The translations under genes were made by a program, and so were the position numbers. Below, piece after piece: positions 9,479 to 18,171 of a stretch of 27,163 nt of DNA (position 1 is its first letter; every line of letters begins with the position of its first letter). Source of the stretch: an uncultured cyanobacterium (GTDB taxonomy: Bacteria; Cyanobacteriota; Cyanobacteriia; Cyanobacteriales; Cyanobacteriaceae); assembly GCA_963749915.1 (NCBI GenBank), contig CAVVOP010000015.1, forward strand, positions 1 through 27,163, read 5' to 3'. Under the pieces are notes generated by a model that saw only the letters and a program-made list of their open reading frames with translations, had not been told where the DNA came from and did not search any database.

Positions 9479-10113
9479 TATTTTTTTTTATTTCTATGCT
9501 AGTCATAATATGTACTTCTATAACTTCTATACTAAAATATTATAAGTGCGGAAATGCTTGGGTATTAAATTATTAATTATATAGTTTTATTAAGTAATCA
9601 AATTTACAAAATTAGATTTATCTTATTACTTAATAAGACAAGCTAAATACAATGAGTCTGAGCTTCATTAATTAAGGGATACTGACGTTTTTTTTACTAA
9701 ATATAATACTAAGTATATTGTTTAGTATTGGTAAAATAATTTACTGAGTAAATAACTAGTAGCAAAATTAAAGTATTTTACTAGTAAAGTAGTATTTAAT
9801 ACACTTATTAGAAAGATAAAAAAAAGGGATAAAGCCCCCAAACAGAAACACTTAACGGGCAACGGTGACGGAAACAACCCAGACAAAGCCACTTATATTA
9901 ATGCGATCGAGAAAAATCACCCATAGCCTTGCGTAGCGGGGCGGTGTATAAGTAATCTTTAGTAATTTATTAAAGTAGTATAATAGTTTTAACACATAGC
10001 CTTTGCGTAGCAATGGCGGTATTCAAGCGAAGTAGATGATAGGGGCGATCGCTAGAATATTCTTTCTGACTACGTTTCCGCCTTATATGCCTAATTAGTT
10101 CCTCTTAATATAT

Positions 10114-10701
10114 CTATAAACTCAAATGTGGCAAACTATTCTTATCTTGTTTGACTTCAGTTGACTTTTTTGTAAATTTTTTAATTTCATTATCCCAATC
10201 AATAGAGAATGAAGAGTAATTAGCTGTTTCATCTCTATCAAGAATGGCATTCGTAACAATGGTAAGCATACTAACTAGCTCATTTTTAGATAATTCTAAA
10301 TATCGATAATGAACATTAGGTTCTTCGGGCCAATGTGGAAGACGAGGATCTCCTATACCTAATTTTTCAGCACACTGTATTAGATCATAGTAATCGGTAT
10401 ACCAAATATCAACTGTATCCATATCAGGAAACAAACGATGATCTTTACCCAATTCCTTTACAAAGTCAATAAGGGCTTCTTTTAATTGACTAGGGTAATC
10501 ATATTTTTCCATTTCTTCTCCTAGAGCTTCACCTAATCTTTTAGCTTGACCAAAAGTTATTTTTCCATCTCTGTTAAAAAAGTCAAAAAGCTTATTCGGC
10601 TTATCTTCAAAAAAATTAGATTCAGGCTTGGCATCATGCTCTACTCTTGCCTTTTTATTAAGTGGATTTTTAATGGCTAGGTCAAATAGGTTTAAAAACA
10701 T
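10114..10701 (-). CDS. Hypothetical protein
   Basis: 195-aa ORF with ATG start; no motif recognised. Confidence 0.6.
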   Translation of the reverse strand: MFLNLFDLAIKNPLNKKARVEHDAKPESNFFEDKPNKLFDFFNRDGKITFGQAKRLGEALGEEMEKYDYPSQLKEALIDFVKELGKDHRLFPDMDTVDIWYTDYYDLIQCAEKLGIGDPRLPHWPEEPNVHYRYLELSKNELVSMLTIVTNAILDRDETANYSSFSIDWDNEIKKFTKKSTEVKQDKNSLPHLSL

Positions 10702-10849
10702 ATTTTTATTAACGTTTTCTTCATTTATTGTTCTAATACTAATAATTATTTAAGCAATGAGAAATTATAACCACGATATTAATACTTAAACTGTATATAA
10801 ATTTTTAATGAAGATACCTAAGTCAAAAAAGTCTTCTTAAATAAAAGTA

Positions 10850-10988
10850 TGGTTACTGGATAATCATCCTATATTTACTGGTGTTTGCCCTAATTGTGGT
10901 TATGATTATGGGAATTATAAAATACTAGATTCTTGATGAAAAAAGCTCTCACTCGGATTGTCCTGAATGTGGAATTAGTTATGTCTGA
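10850..10988 (+). pseudogene. Degenerate paralog of the zinc-ribbon gene at 2482..2673
   Basis: WLLDNHPIFTGVCPNCGYDY...(stops, frameshift)...DCPECGISYV* versus WLLNNHPAFTGSCSNCGYEY...DCPECGTSYD*. Confidence 0.8.
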
Positions 10989-11007
10989 TAATAAAAATTG
11001 AAAGTTT

Positions 11008-11421
11008 CTATTTTAATTCTCCTCTTTCATTCTCATGAGTTAGGCAAAATTTTACAGTTCCTGAATTAGTATTTGGAAATATTTTGACTTTTAGTCTTTT
11101 ATCTGATGAGCGAATTCGATAACGTAGACTATCCCTTGAAGAGTAATCACCTGACTCAATCATTTCAATATCACCTGTCTCGCCAAGAATAGTAATATAA
11201 TTGCTATCAGAACTTTCAGAAGGATAAGGAATGGTTTGAACTGAATAGATAATTTCTTTTTCTCCGTTATCCCAATTAGCAAATCTGCAACAAACAGTTT
11301 CAAAACAGTCTATTTCTTGAAAATCCACTTTATATTCTGGTATAGCTAATGCTGAAAAGGATGTAATACCAAATTCTAATAATGTTAATAATGTTATGTT
11401 TTTAATATTCATATTACTCAA
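11008..11421 (-). CDS. Probable secreted protein
   Basis: Signal-peptide-like N-terminus ending FSALA; four Cys; last gene of a minus-strand run. Confidence 0.6.
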   Translation of the reverse strand: MSNMNIKNITLLTLLEFGITSFSALAIPEYKVDFQEIDCFETVCCRFANWDNGEKEIIYSVQTIPYPSESSDSNYITILGETGDIEMIESGDYSSRDSLRYRIRSSDKRLKVKIFPNTNSGTVKFCLTHENERGELK

Positions 11422-11435
11422 CCAACAACATTAAT

Positions 11436-12249
11436 TTAGAGATATTTTGCTCGATAATCATTAGTAGCTTTAAGTAAATCAAAATCAAGTTTATCAATAT
11501 TTTCCTGATAGTTTAAATACTGATTTGTCGTTCCTTCTCCATTACTATATTTGATGAGAAATACTTGAGACTGTAAATTAACTTTTTTCTTTTTCTGATT
11601 GATTAATTTAATCCTTTCCCTACTTTCTTCAATGTTTAAGAGAGCGATCGCAATCTCATTTTTTAGCTTATCTTTCTCAACAATTAATTGATTTTCTAAA
11701 CTATTTTTATTGGCTTTTAAACTGTTTATTTTGACCTCAATATCAGTAATAGTTAATTGATTTCTTTGCACATCACCACCACCAAAAAGATTCTGAATTA
11801 ACTTCACTGGTTCTAACGTAATAAAATTAGTCCAATTTCTTGATTGATAATATCGAATCTTCTCCTCTAAGTAGTTTATCTGTTCTCCTGTGTTCGTAAT
11901 TTTATCCTTCAAGATTAGCAATTAAAAGACTAGAAGCGATCGCCCTCTGGGTCAAATAATCATGGCAGTTGAGGACGGGGGAAGGACAGATTAATGATGG
12001 GGGAATTATGAATGAGGGGGGAATTATGAATGATGGGGGAATTATGAATGATGAATTATGAGTTATGAATGAGGAATCATTTTGTGAATTCTCATTGGTT
12101 CCGAGTTCCGAGTTCTGAATTGTGGTTTCTAACCATGAGGGAGAGTTCGGCGTTGATTGTTCCGTCTGGGCTTTGGCTGAGTAATTTAATCCGACGGACG
12201 ATGCCAGAATAAGGGCTAGTGGAATTGCTGAGGCTTTGTAATTTTTCAT
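11436..12249 (-). pseudogene. Secreted coiled-coil TolC-like protein split by a +1 frameshift near 11905
   Basis: Signal peptide (SAKA|Q) in 11902..12249. GAAGGATAAAATT minus one G reads LEDKITN into 11436..11921. Helical heptads around NLFGGG and a YSNGEGTTNQYL end resemble outer-membrane efflux proteins. Confidence 0.5.
11992..12072. repeat. Heptamer-derived 21-bp repeats (IIPPSF x3) inside the TolC-like gene
   Basis: gggggaattatgaatga units followed by aattatg/agttatg. Confidence 0.85.
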
Positions 12250-13025
12250 GGGCTAAACTAATTTGATTATTAAGCTCATTAATTTTGATTTCATGTTCTG
12301 ATTTTCTCTGTTGATATAAAGCTAATTCTCTTTCATAACTTTGTCTTTGTTGATTAATATTTTCTATTCTTTTTACCTTATCAATTTGAGCTTGATATTC
12401 TTGGTATTTTCTTTCACTTTTAGCTGACTCATATTTACCTTTTGCTAATTGATATTCTTTAGAAGCGATTGTCAATTTCTGTCTTAATTTATTTAATTTA
12501 GCCTTCTCATGATTAATGACTTTTTCGTCTAATTCTGGTAATTGTGATAAATAATCTATCTCTTCTTGTTTAACTTTAATCTCATCATTAATGAAATCAA
12601 TATCTATCTTTTTCTTTTCTATATCTGCTTCATATTCAAGATAACTAATAGGAGGAAGAATACTTAATGGCGGAACTTCTAAAGGAGCAGTAGGAGGTAA
12701 AGGTTGTAGAGTTTTGATTTTTTCTAAGGATAATTTTAAGCGGGATAAATTATTGTCTAATTCTCTTTTTTTCTCTCTCTAGTTGCTATAATTTGTCCCT
12801 TTTTAATCTCGTCACCTTCATTGACTTTGAGATCTTCAGGAGAATCGATCGCCAGATTAATATTTAGTCTATTTGGTTTAATTACTTCTTCTTGATTAAC
12901 AATTATATTATTCTTATATCATTATCATTATCATTATCAGCCTTAGTTTCTGTTAATGGCTGGATTAATAATATGATTCCTAAAGTTATTAAAAATGAAC
13001 TTATTATATTATTTCTTATATTCAT
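12092..13025 (-). pseudogene. HlyD/membrane-fusion-protein-like gene with two frameshifts (about 12915 and 12770)
   Basis: MNIRNNIISSFLITLGIILLIQP anchor, DLKVNEGDEIKKGQII lipoyl half-motif, long coiled coil, SPYSGIVRRIK second half-motif. Confidence 0.7.
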
Positions 13026-13031
13026 GGCAAG

Positions 13032-13080
13032 AATGATGAATTAGGAGTTGTGAATTATGAATTATGAATTATGAGTTATG
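13032..13080 (+). repeat. Seven AATTATG-type heptamers on the left flank of the four-helix-bundle gene
   Basis: aatgatg aattagg agttgtg aattatg aattatg aattatg agttatg. Confidence 0.9.
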
Positions 13081-13093
13081 AAAGTAAGAGTTA

Positions 13094-13450
13094 TTAATTA
13101 TTCTTTTTTGTAGAGACTATTATTTTAGTAATAATTGCTGTTAATTCATTAGATTCATTCAAAAGTGGTAATAGTCTTTGTTCTATATTTTCTTGTGTTG
13201 CGATTAGTAATTTTAACCAATAGTTTGTTTCTCTCGCTTCTTTCTGGGCAATGCTCATTTTATGAATAAAGTCGGCTTTGCTTTCGGCTGACTGTGCCTC
13301 ACATACATTCGCTCCGATACTTGTACCTGAACGTATCAATTGTTTACTTAATTGATAACCAGAACCTCCATTCTTTGCTAAATAATCACATAATTTAACT
13401 ATTCTTACACTAAATTTAAAAGTTCTTTCTACTATATTTTTCTCATTCAT
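13094..13450 (-). CDS. Four helix bundle protein (23S rRNA IVS protein / Avd-like family)
   Basis: LSKQLIRSGTSIGANVCEAQSAESKADFIHKMSIAQKEARETNYWLKLL is the family signature. Confidence 0.93.
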   Translation of the reverse strand: MNEKNIVERTFKFSVRIVKLCDYLAKNGGSGYQLSKQLIRSGTSIGANVCEAQSAESKADFIHKMSIAQKEARETNYWLKLLIATQENIEQRLLPLLNESNELTAIITKIIVSTKKNN

Positions 13451-13508
13451 TTTACCCCTAATCTTCTAATTATTATTGTTACTATTTTGCCAAAATTAAT
13501 TACCTCTT

Positions 13509-13550
13509 AATCATTCATAATTCATAATTCATAACTCATAATTCTTACCT
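13509..13550 (-). repeat. CATAATT-type heptamers on the right flank, inverted relative to 13032-13080
   Basis: aatcatt cataatt cataatt cataact cataatt cttacct. Confidence 0.9.
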
Positions 13551-14580
13551 TTCCAGTTCCGAATTGATTATCTAAGATGGCGATCGCCTTCTCCAACGGA
13601 CAATAATCTAAATTAATCGTAGCACCAGTCATTTTGATATATTCATACTCATTAATAAAACTTGGTAACTCAATATCTTCTGGGTAGTCCACCACTATGC
13701 TCCCAGTGATATATATAGTATCATACCTAGTATCAGACTTAGTATTAGACTTAGTATCAGACTTAGTAGCATACTGATTTAATTTACTATTAATATCTTC
13801 ATCATCAAGAGTAATTGATTCAATTTTATTGATAATCTTTTTATCTTTAATTAACTCTATATTTTCTACTATTATATTTTCACCAGTCTTATATATCCTT
13901 TCACCATCAGTAACAATAAACTCTTTATCTATATTATTGATTACCATAAACTCATCATTAATAGGAGTTCTATCGCTCTGGTAATAACCTTTAATAGACG
14001 CTTTAAATAAATGAGTATTGGCAGATTGATTATACATTTTAACTATCTCATCTCTTAAACCTAAATTGATAGAAATAGCATTAGTTATTCCCCCAGTATT
14101 ATTAATGAGAGAAAAGTTCAGGAATAGCAATATTGAGAAGATAACTAAAACATAATATTCAGAAGGTGAGCCAGTTCGTAACCTACGATGTGGGTTACTT
14201 ACTGATATTGCCCATGCTGGATTAGGATAAAATAACTGTACCCCTTGTTTGGTAAAGGTATCAGAAAAACAGCTCACTAAGTGACCTACTGGTAACGCAA
14301 TTAACTTATAAATATCATTAAAGTAATAATATCCCATGAGGAGGGCAATCGTAGTAAGGGAAGCTGTAGCTATTAATGAATGAGTAATTGAGCGATGGGG
14401 AAAGTTATTCTCTAAGTAACGGGAAATAGGAAAAAATATTTGACCAATAATTGATTTACTAGAATCAAGGTCAGGTAATTGACTACCTATAATCGATAAT
14501 CCTAATGTTAATGTATCTGTTTTTCCCAAAACTAATGATGTTACTGAACTACTAATTACAGCATGGGTTATCGCCATCAT
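13522..14580 (-). CDS. YdjM-like membrane-bound metal-dependent hydrolase with a large C-terminal soluble domain
   Basis: MMAITH, GSQLPDLD, HRSITHS, GHLVSCFSDTFTKQGVQLFYP motifs; ATG at 14580 is more plausible than TTG at 14598. Confidence 0.85.
   Translation of the reverse strand: MMAITHAVISSSVTSLVLGKTDTLTLGLSIIGSQLPDLDSSKSIIGQIFFPISRYLENNFPHRSITHSLIATASLTTIALLMGYYYFNDIYKLIALPVGHLVSCFSDTFTKQGVQLFYPNPAWAISVSNPHRRLRTGSPSEYYVLVIFSILLFLNFSLINNTGGITNAISINLGLRDEIVKMYNQSANTHLFKASIKGYYQSDRTPINDEFMVINNIDKEFIVTDGERIYKTGENIIVENIELIKDKKIINKIESITLDDEDINSKLNQYATKSDTKSNTKSDTRYDTIYITGSIVVDYPEDIELPSFINEYEYIKMTGATINLDYCPLEKAIAILDNQFGTGKVRIMSYEL
13713..13768. repeat. Five 12-bp-period ACTTAGTA (reverse complement TACTAAGT) units inside the hydrolase gene
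   Basis: Cores at 13713, 13725, 13737, 13749 and 13761; encode TKSD-TKSN-TKSD-TRYD. Confidence 0.85.
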
Positions 14581-14621
14581 GATAATTACGCAATTCAATT
14601 ACGAATTACGAATTACGAATT

Positions 14622-15173
14622 ATGAAAATACTCAATAAATTACCTTTAATTATAGGCTTATTCCTTCTCTGGGTTTACTTTCAAAATAATAATAATCAAG
14701 CAATTAGTGAAAATAACAATAAAGTAAATTACCAAGGACAACAACAAGTATATCAAATAAAAGAAGGAAGCATTTATGATGGTGACACACTCCGTGTAAT
14801 ATCTAGTGATAATGAAGAATTAAAAATAAGATTTGCCTGTATCGATAGTCCAGAAAAAGACCAAGAATATGGCATTGAATCAAGAGATTATTTGAGATCG
14901 CTTTTACAATCAAATGGAAATAAAGTTAATCTCGATATTACTAATACTGATAGATATGGTAGAAGTGTAGCTGTTTTATATCTTCTTAATGGCGAAGCTG
15001 TTCAAGTTAAGCAGGTTAAGAATGGTTGGGTTTATCCTTATCCTCAATATAAGTCTGATTGTCCTATTTGGAATGATATTAAAAAAGCTGAAGCGATCGC
15101 CAAAAATAATCGGCTCAATATTTACAGCAAGAATTTAGTTAAACCTTGGGAATGGAGAAGAAATAATAAATAA
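14622..15173 (+). CDS. Thermonuclease (staphylococcal nuclease family) with N-terminal membrane anchor
   Basis: IYDGDTL, IRFACIDSPE, DRYGRSVA and PWEWRR motifs. Confidence 0.95.
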   Translation: MKILNKLPLIIGLFLLWVYFQNNNNQAISENNNKVNYQGQQQVYQIKEGSIYDGDTLRVISSDNEELKIRFACIDSPEKDQEYGIESRDYLRSLLQSNGNKVNLDITNTDRYGRSVAVLYLLNGEAVQVKQVKNGWVYPYPQYKSDCPIWNDIKKAEAIAKNNRLNIYSKNLVKPWEWRRNNK

Positions 15174-15227
15174 TCTTGTAAATATTTACAGGGAATTATC
15201 ATATCTTTATCTTTCTCAGTGACTTTA

Positions 15228-15263
15228 TGATATACTTTTAGCATACTAAGTATATTACTGATT
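15228..15263 (+). promoter_or_regulatory. Extended -10 promoter (TGaTATACT) followed by candidate operator boxes
   Basis: TG at 15228-29, TATACT at 15231-36; TACTAAGT at 15244 and TACTGATT at 15256. Confidence 0.55.
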
Positions 15264-15788
15264 ATGACTACTGAAAATGAAAGGGTAGCAGGATATATAA
15301 TTCCCGAACTTTACGATCGCTTTGACCAATTTTGTCAGGAAAATAATCTTAGTTGCTCAAGAGCATTAAACGTGATTATTGCTGAATATTTTGGGCTTGA
15401 AGAAACTTTACTTATTAAAAAAACTTGGATTGGTGGTGTTACTTTAGTTGAATTTGAACAGCTTAAAAAAGAAGTACAAGAATTAAAAGAATTAGTTAAT
15501 ACACTTAGTAAACTATCAAGTAGCATACCTGAAAAGAAACAGAAAAAATCATCTGAAAATATAGAATTAGAAAGCGATCGCTTATCAGATAACCTTGAGC
15601 GAATAGAATTAAATACAACAGAATTAGCTAAAAGATTTAATGTCTCCAGAGGTGCAATAAATCAATATAAAAAGAAATTTAGAGATAATAAGATAACGAA
15701 AGAAGAATATATAGAATGGACGAAATCAAAAGACCCAGAAGGTAAAGGATGGTTTTTTGATGAGAATAGTAATTATTTTGTTTCATAA
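15264..15788 (+). CDS. RHH / coiled-coil / HTH DNA-binding protein
   Basis: RVAGYIIPELYDRFDQFCQENNLSCSRALNVIIAEYF (RHH), a heptad segment, and LNTTELAKRFNVSRGAI (HTH). Confidence 0.75.
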   Translation: MTTENERVAGYIIPELYDRFDQFCQENNLSCSRALNVIIAEYFGLEETLLIKKTWIGGVTLVEFEQLKKEVQELKELVNTLSKLSSSIPEKKQKKSSENIELESDRLSDNLERIELNTTELAKRFNVSRGAINQYKKKFRDNKITKEEYIEWTKSKDPEGKGWFFDENSNYFVS

Positions 15789-16096
15789 TTCTTACCTAGG
15801 CTCTAAAATAGCCCACCCTGTTGTGTCGCTGGTTTTCTGATAAGGAATCATCGTTTATCTTTGCTTAGTTACCGCTCCATTTGTTATTTTCTCCCACCCA
15901 TTATTGTTTACCATTCGTGCGGTGGGGTCGGGCTTCGTCGTTTCGCCGTCTCGCTGCGTTGCGTTCGTTCCGTCTCCCTCCTTCGTCAGTCGCTCCACTC
16001 GCTCCACTTCCTCCCCACGCTTCACTCCTCGCCCCCTAGTTTTGTTTTGGTCATAGCCAGTGGTGGCTGTTGGGGGCAACTACGCCCCGTAGGTTT

Positions 16097-16324
16097 TTAA
16101 TAAAAGTTAGGCAAAATTACAAAGAAGAAACAAGAATTTAAAGGACGAATGTAATACGCAAGTTTTAAATTCCTCAGAAGTGTTGAAAGTTCTTTGTCTC
16201 TGTTTGTCTTATCTTTATTGTCAAAACGAATTAATATTTTTTGATTAAACTCTTTTTGGCGGGAATGAGGAAAATAAGCAAACTGTAGATCTGGATTATT
16301 TCTTAAAAAATCTCTTAGTTTCAT
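16097..16324 (-). CDS. Hypothetical protein (probable ATG at 16324)
   Basis: C-terminal part of ORF 16097..16411; this ATG avoids overlap with the upstream gene. Confidence 0.45.
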   Translation of the reverse strand: MKLRDFLRNNPDLQFAYFPHSRQKEFNQKILIRFDNKDKTNRDKELSTLLRNLKLAYYIRPLNSCFFFVILPNFY

Positions 16325-16376
16325 AATCTCAAGATAATGATGGTGAGTCCCCCCTTGGGGGGAAATAAACAAACTA

Positions 16377-16637
16377 TTAGAACGGGCATTGAGTAGATAA
16401 AAATGCTTCAAGACTTGCGATCGCCTGATTTAATAGTTTGTGGCTATCTTCATTAAAGAAATGTGAAACCTGTCGATTAGGAACATTATTAATAGAATTC
16501 ATCACTTCTAAAGCCTTTCTTAAATCATCTATTTGATGATGATATTCAATGCGTATTTTTTCCTCTGCCGATAGAACAGGAAATAACTTAACTATTTTGT
16601 CGCCCTTCGGGCTGTAATCTGACTGATACATATTCAT
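16377..16637 (-). CDS. Hypothetical protein
   Basis: 86 aa; preceded by the shared AATCAAATAAAGGTA motif and a consensus-like promoter. Confidence 0.6.
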   Translation of the reverse strand: MNMYQSDYSPKGDKIVKLFPVLSAEEKIRIEYHHQIDDLRKALEVMNSINNVPNRQVSHFFNEDSHKLLNQAIASLEAFLSTQCPF

Positions 16638-16660
16638 ACCTTTATTTGATTATTAACTTG

Positions 16661-16730
16661 ATTATAGCATATTTTTCTTCTTGTAACAATAAGGAGAATA
16701 CTTGTTATTTTAAGTAAAATAAGTTATGAT
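16661..16730. promoter_or_regulatory. Back-to-back sigma70-type promoters with a palindromic operator
   Basis: Minus strand: TTGTTA(16689-84)-N17-TATAAT(16666-61). Plus strand: TTGTTA(16702-07)-N17-TATGAT(16725-30). Palindrome TTATTTTA-AG-TAAAATAA at 16705-16722. Confidence 0.7.
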
Positions 16731-16763
16731 AATAGTATAAATCAAATAAAGGTAATCAAAAAA

Positions 16764-16907
16764 ATGGAGAACGAATCACAATGGTGGTATGAATACTACA
16801 AAGAAATGGAAACAATAGAACTATTAGGAACACCAGAAGATCCAAACTATGGAGAACCAGAAGAAGAAAAAGAGGAATGGTTAGAACCTAATGATGGGAA
16901 TTTTTAA
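16764..16907 (+). CDS. 47-aa highly acidic protein (not in the ORF track)
   Basis: MENESQWWYEYYKEMETIELLGTPEDPNYGEPEEEKEEWLEPNDGNF*; 16 D/E versus 2 K; directly behind the promoter and shared UTR motif. Confidence 0.6.
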   Translation: MENESQWWYEYYKEMETIELLGTPEDPNYGEPEEEKEEWLEPNDGNF

Positions 16908-16972
16908 TTAATTGTCTGAACCCCTGAAGACATTAAAAACATGGGGAAATAATCAAATAAAGGTAATCAAAT

Positions 16973-17482
16973 ATGAAACACGTACTTTTTAACTATAGCA
17001 ATATAGAAGCGTTGACATGGATCGATCAGCAAGAAATAAAAATGATTCATGTAAAGGCAAATCAAGAATGTTACATTACCCTAAAAACAGGAGAAAAAAT
17101 CAGAATAACTGCGAAAGACATTGAGAAAGTAATGCAGGAAAAAAGACAGGCAAGAATGAAAAACATCAAGATAACTAATAATTTCGATGGTACTTACACC
17201 GCCCAAAACACCATCAAAGAGACTGAATACATCCTCACCCCCTACGATGACCATATAACCTGCACCTGCCCTGATTACAATAATCAATCAATTGCATTAA
17301 GTACATATAAGGTATGTTGCAAACACATCTATAAATTATTAAGTCATCTAGCTTGTAACAGCTTAGAGGATTATGCAGACATGATCGCGCAGCGCCACTT
17401 CGTGATCGCCGAAGAACAGATTAATCGCCAATATCAAGAACACCTCGAAAAAGAAGACTACCAACACCTAGCTCACGATTAA
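16973..17482 (+). CDS. SWIM zinc-finger protein
   Basis: TCTCPDY...CCKHI fits CxC-xn-CxH. Confidence 0.85.
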   Translation: MKHVLFNYSNIEALTWIDQQEIKMIHVKANQECYITLKTGEKIRITAKDIEKVMQEKRQARMKNIKITNNFDGTYTAQNTIKETEYILTPYDDHITCTCPDYNNQSIALSTYKVCCKHIYKLLSHLACNSLEDYADMIAQRHFVIAEEQINRQYQEHLEKEDYQHLAHD

Positions 17483-17513
17483 CAACACACAAAAACATTA
17501 AGGAGTAAAACAA

Positions 17514-17687
17514 ATGAATATAGTATCAGCAAAATTAACTGGGGAAGTAGATGTTCACGGTCGCCCTATTGCAGTAGATACAATAGGAAACTATTACTTA
17601 GATGTTTCATTGGGCAAAAATGACTGGCATTGTGTGACCGAAGAATTTGAGCCGTTGGTAAGGGTTTCTTTAATTTTAATCCGCTAA
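17514..17687 (+). CDS. 57-aa hypothetical protein (not in the ORF track)
   Basis: Strong RBS AAGGAG; MNIVSAKLTGEVDVHGRPIAVDTIGNYYLDV... Confidence 0.55.
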   Translation: MNIVSAKLTGEVDVHGRPIAVDTIGNYYLDVSLGKNDWHCVTEEFEPLVRVSLILIR

Positions 17688-17736
17688 CATCCAGACAATT
17701 AACATTAACAATTTGCCTCCACCGCCCCAATAAGCC

Positions 17737-18171
17737 ATGAATCCATCACATCAATTAATATCCCAGCATTTCACCCATTACCTAATCGATAAAGCCTTAT
17801 ATCATCTTGACCGCAGTCATTATAATTATCGTTACCAAGACCTTAAAAGTGAATTATGGTTTACTGGTTTATGGACTAATTTATCAGGTATTATCAGTTA
17901 TCAAGATTATGCCGAATTTCTCTTACTCTACACCCAAGCTAAAGCCTATCAGTTACCTTATAAACAAGTAGGAGAAAACATTTATATAGTACAGGGTAAA
18001 GCAGCAAACCTTATTACACTGTTACCCCAACCTCCTGCAATTGTCCATTATTTCGATTGAGACACAAGCGATGCCAAAGGCACAGCGAACTGCACGCAGG
18101 AATTACCGCAGTTTTTCCGATACTTTCCGATCACCTGTCATCATCACCAGTTAATCCTTAACAGGGAATAG
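17737..18171 (+). pseudogene. Second SWIM zinc-finger gene, frameshifted near 18008 and near 18073-18094
   Basis: Shifted frames read PYYTVTPTSCNCPLFRLRHKR and then QELPQFFRYFPITCHHHQLILNRE*. Confidence 0.65.

Noticed and set aside
13094..13450. Diversity-generating retroelement or rRNA intervening sequence
   Set aside because: No reverse transcriptase, no TR/VR pair and no rRNA seen in the window.
15855..16100. Two overlapping ORFs of 74 and 79 aa
   Set aside because: Probably open by chance in a GC-rich low-complexity island; treated as non-coding.
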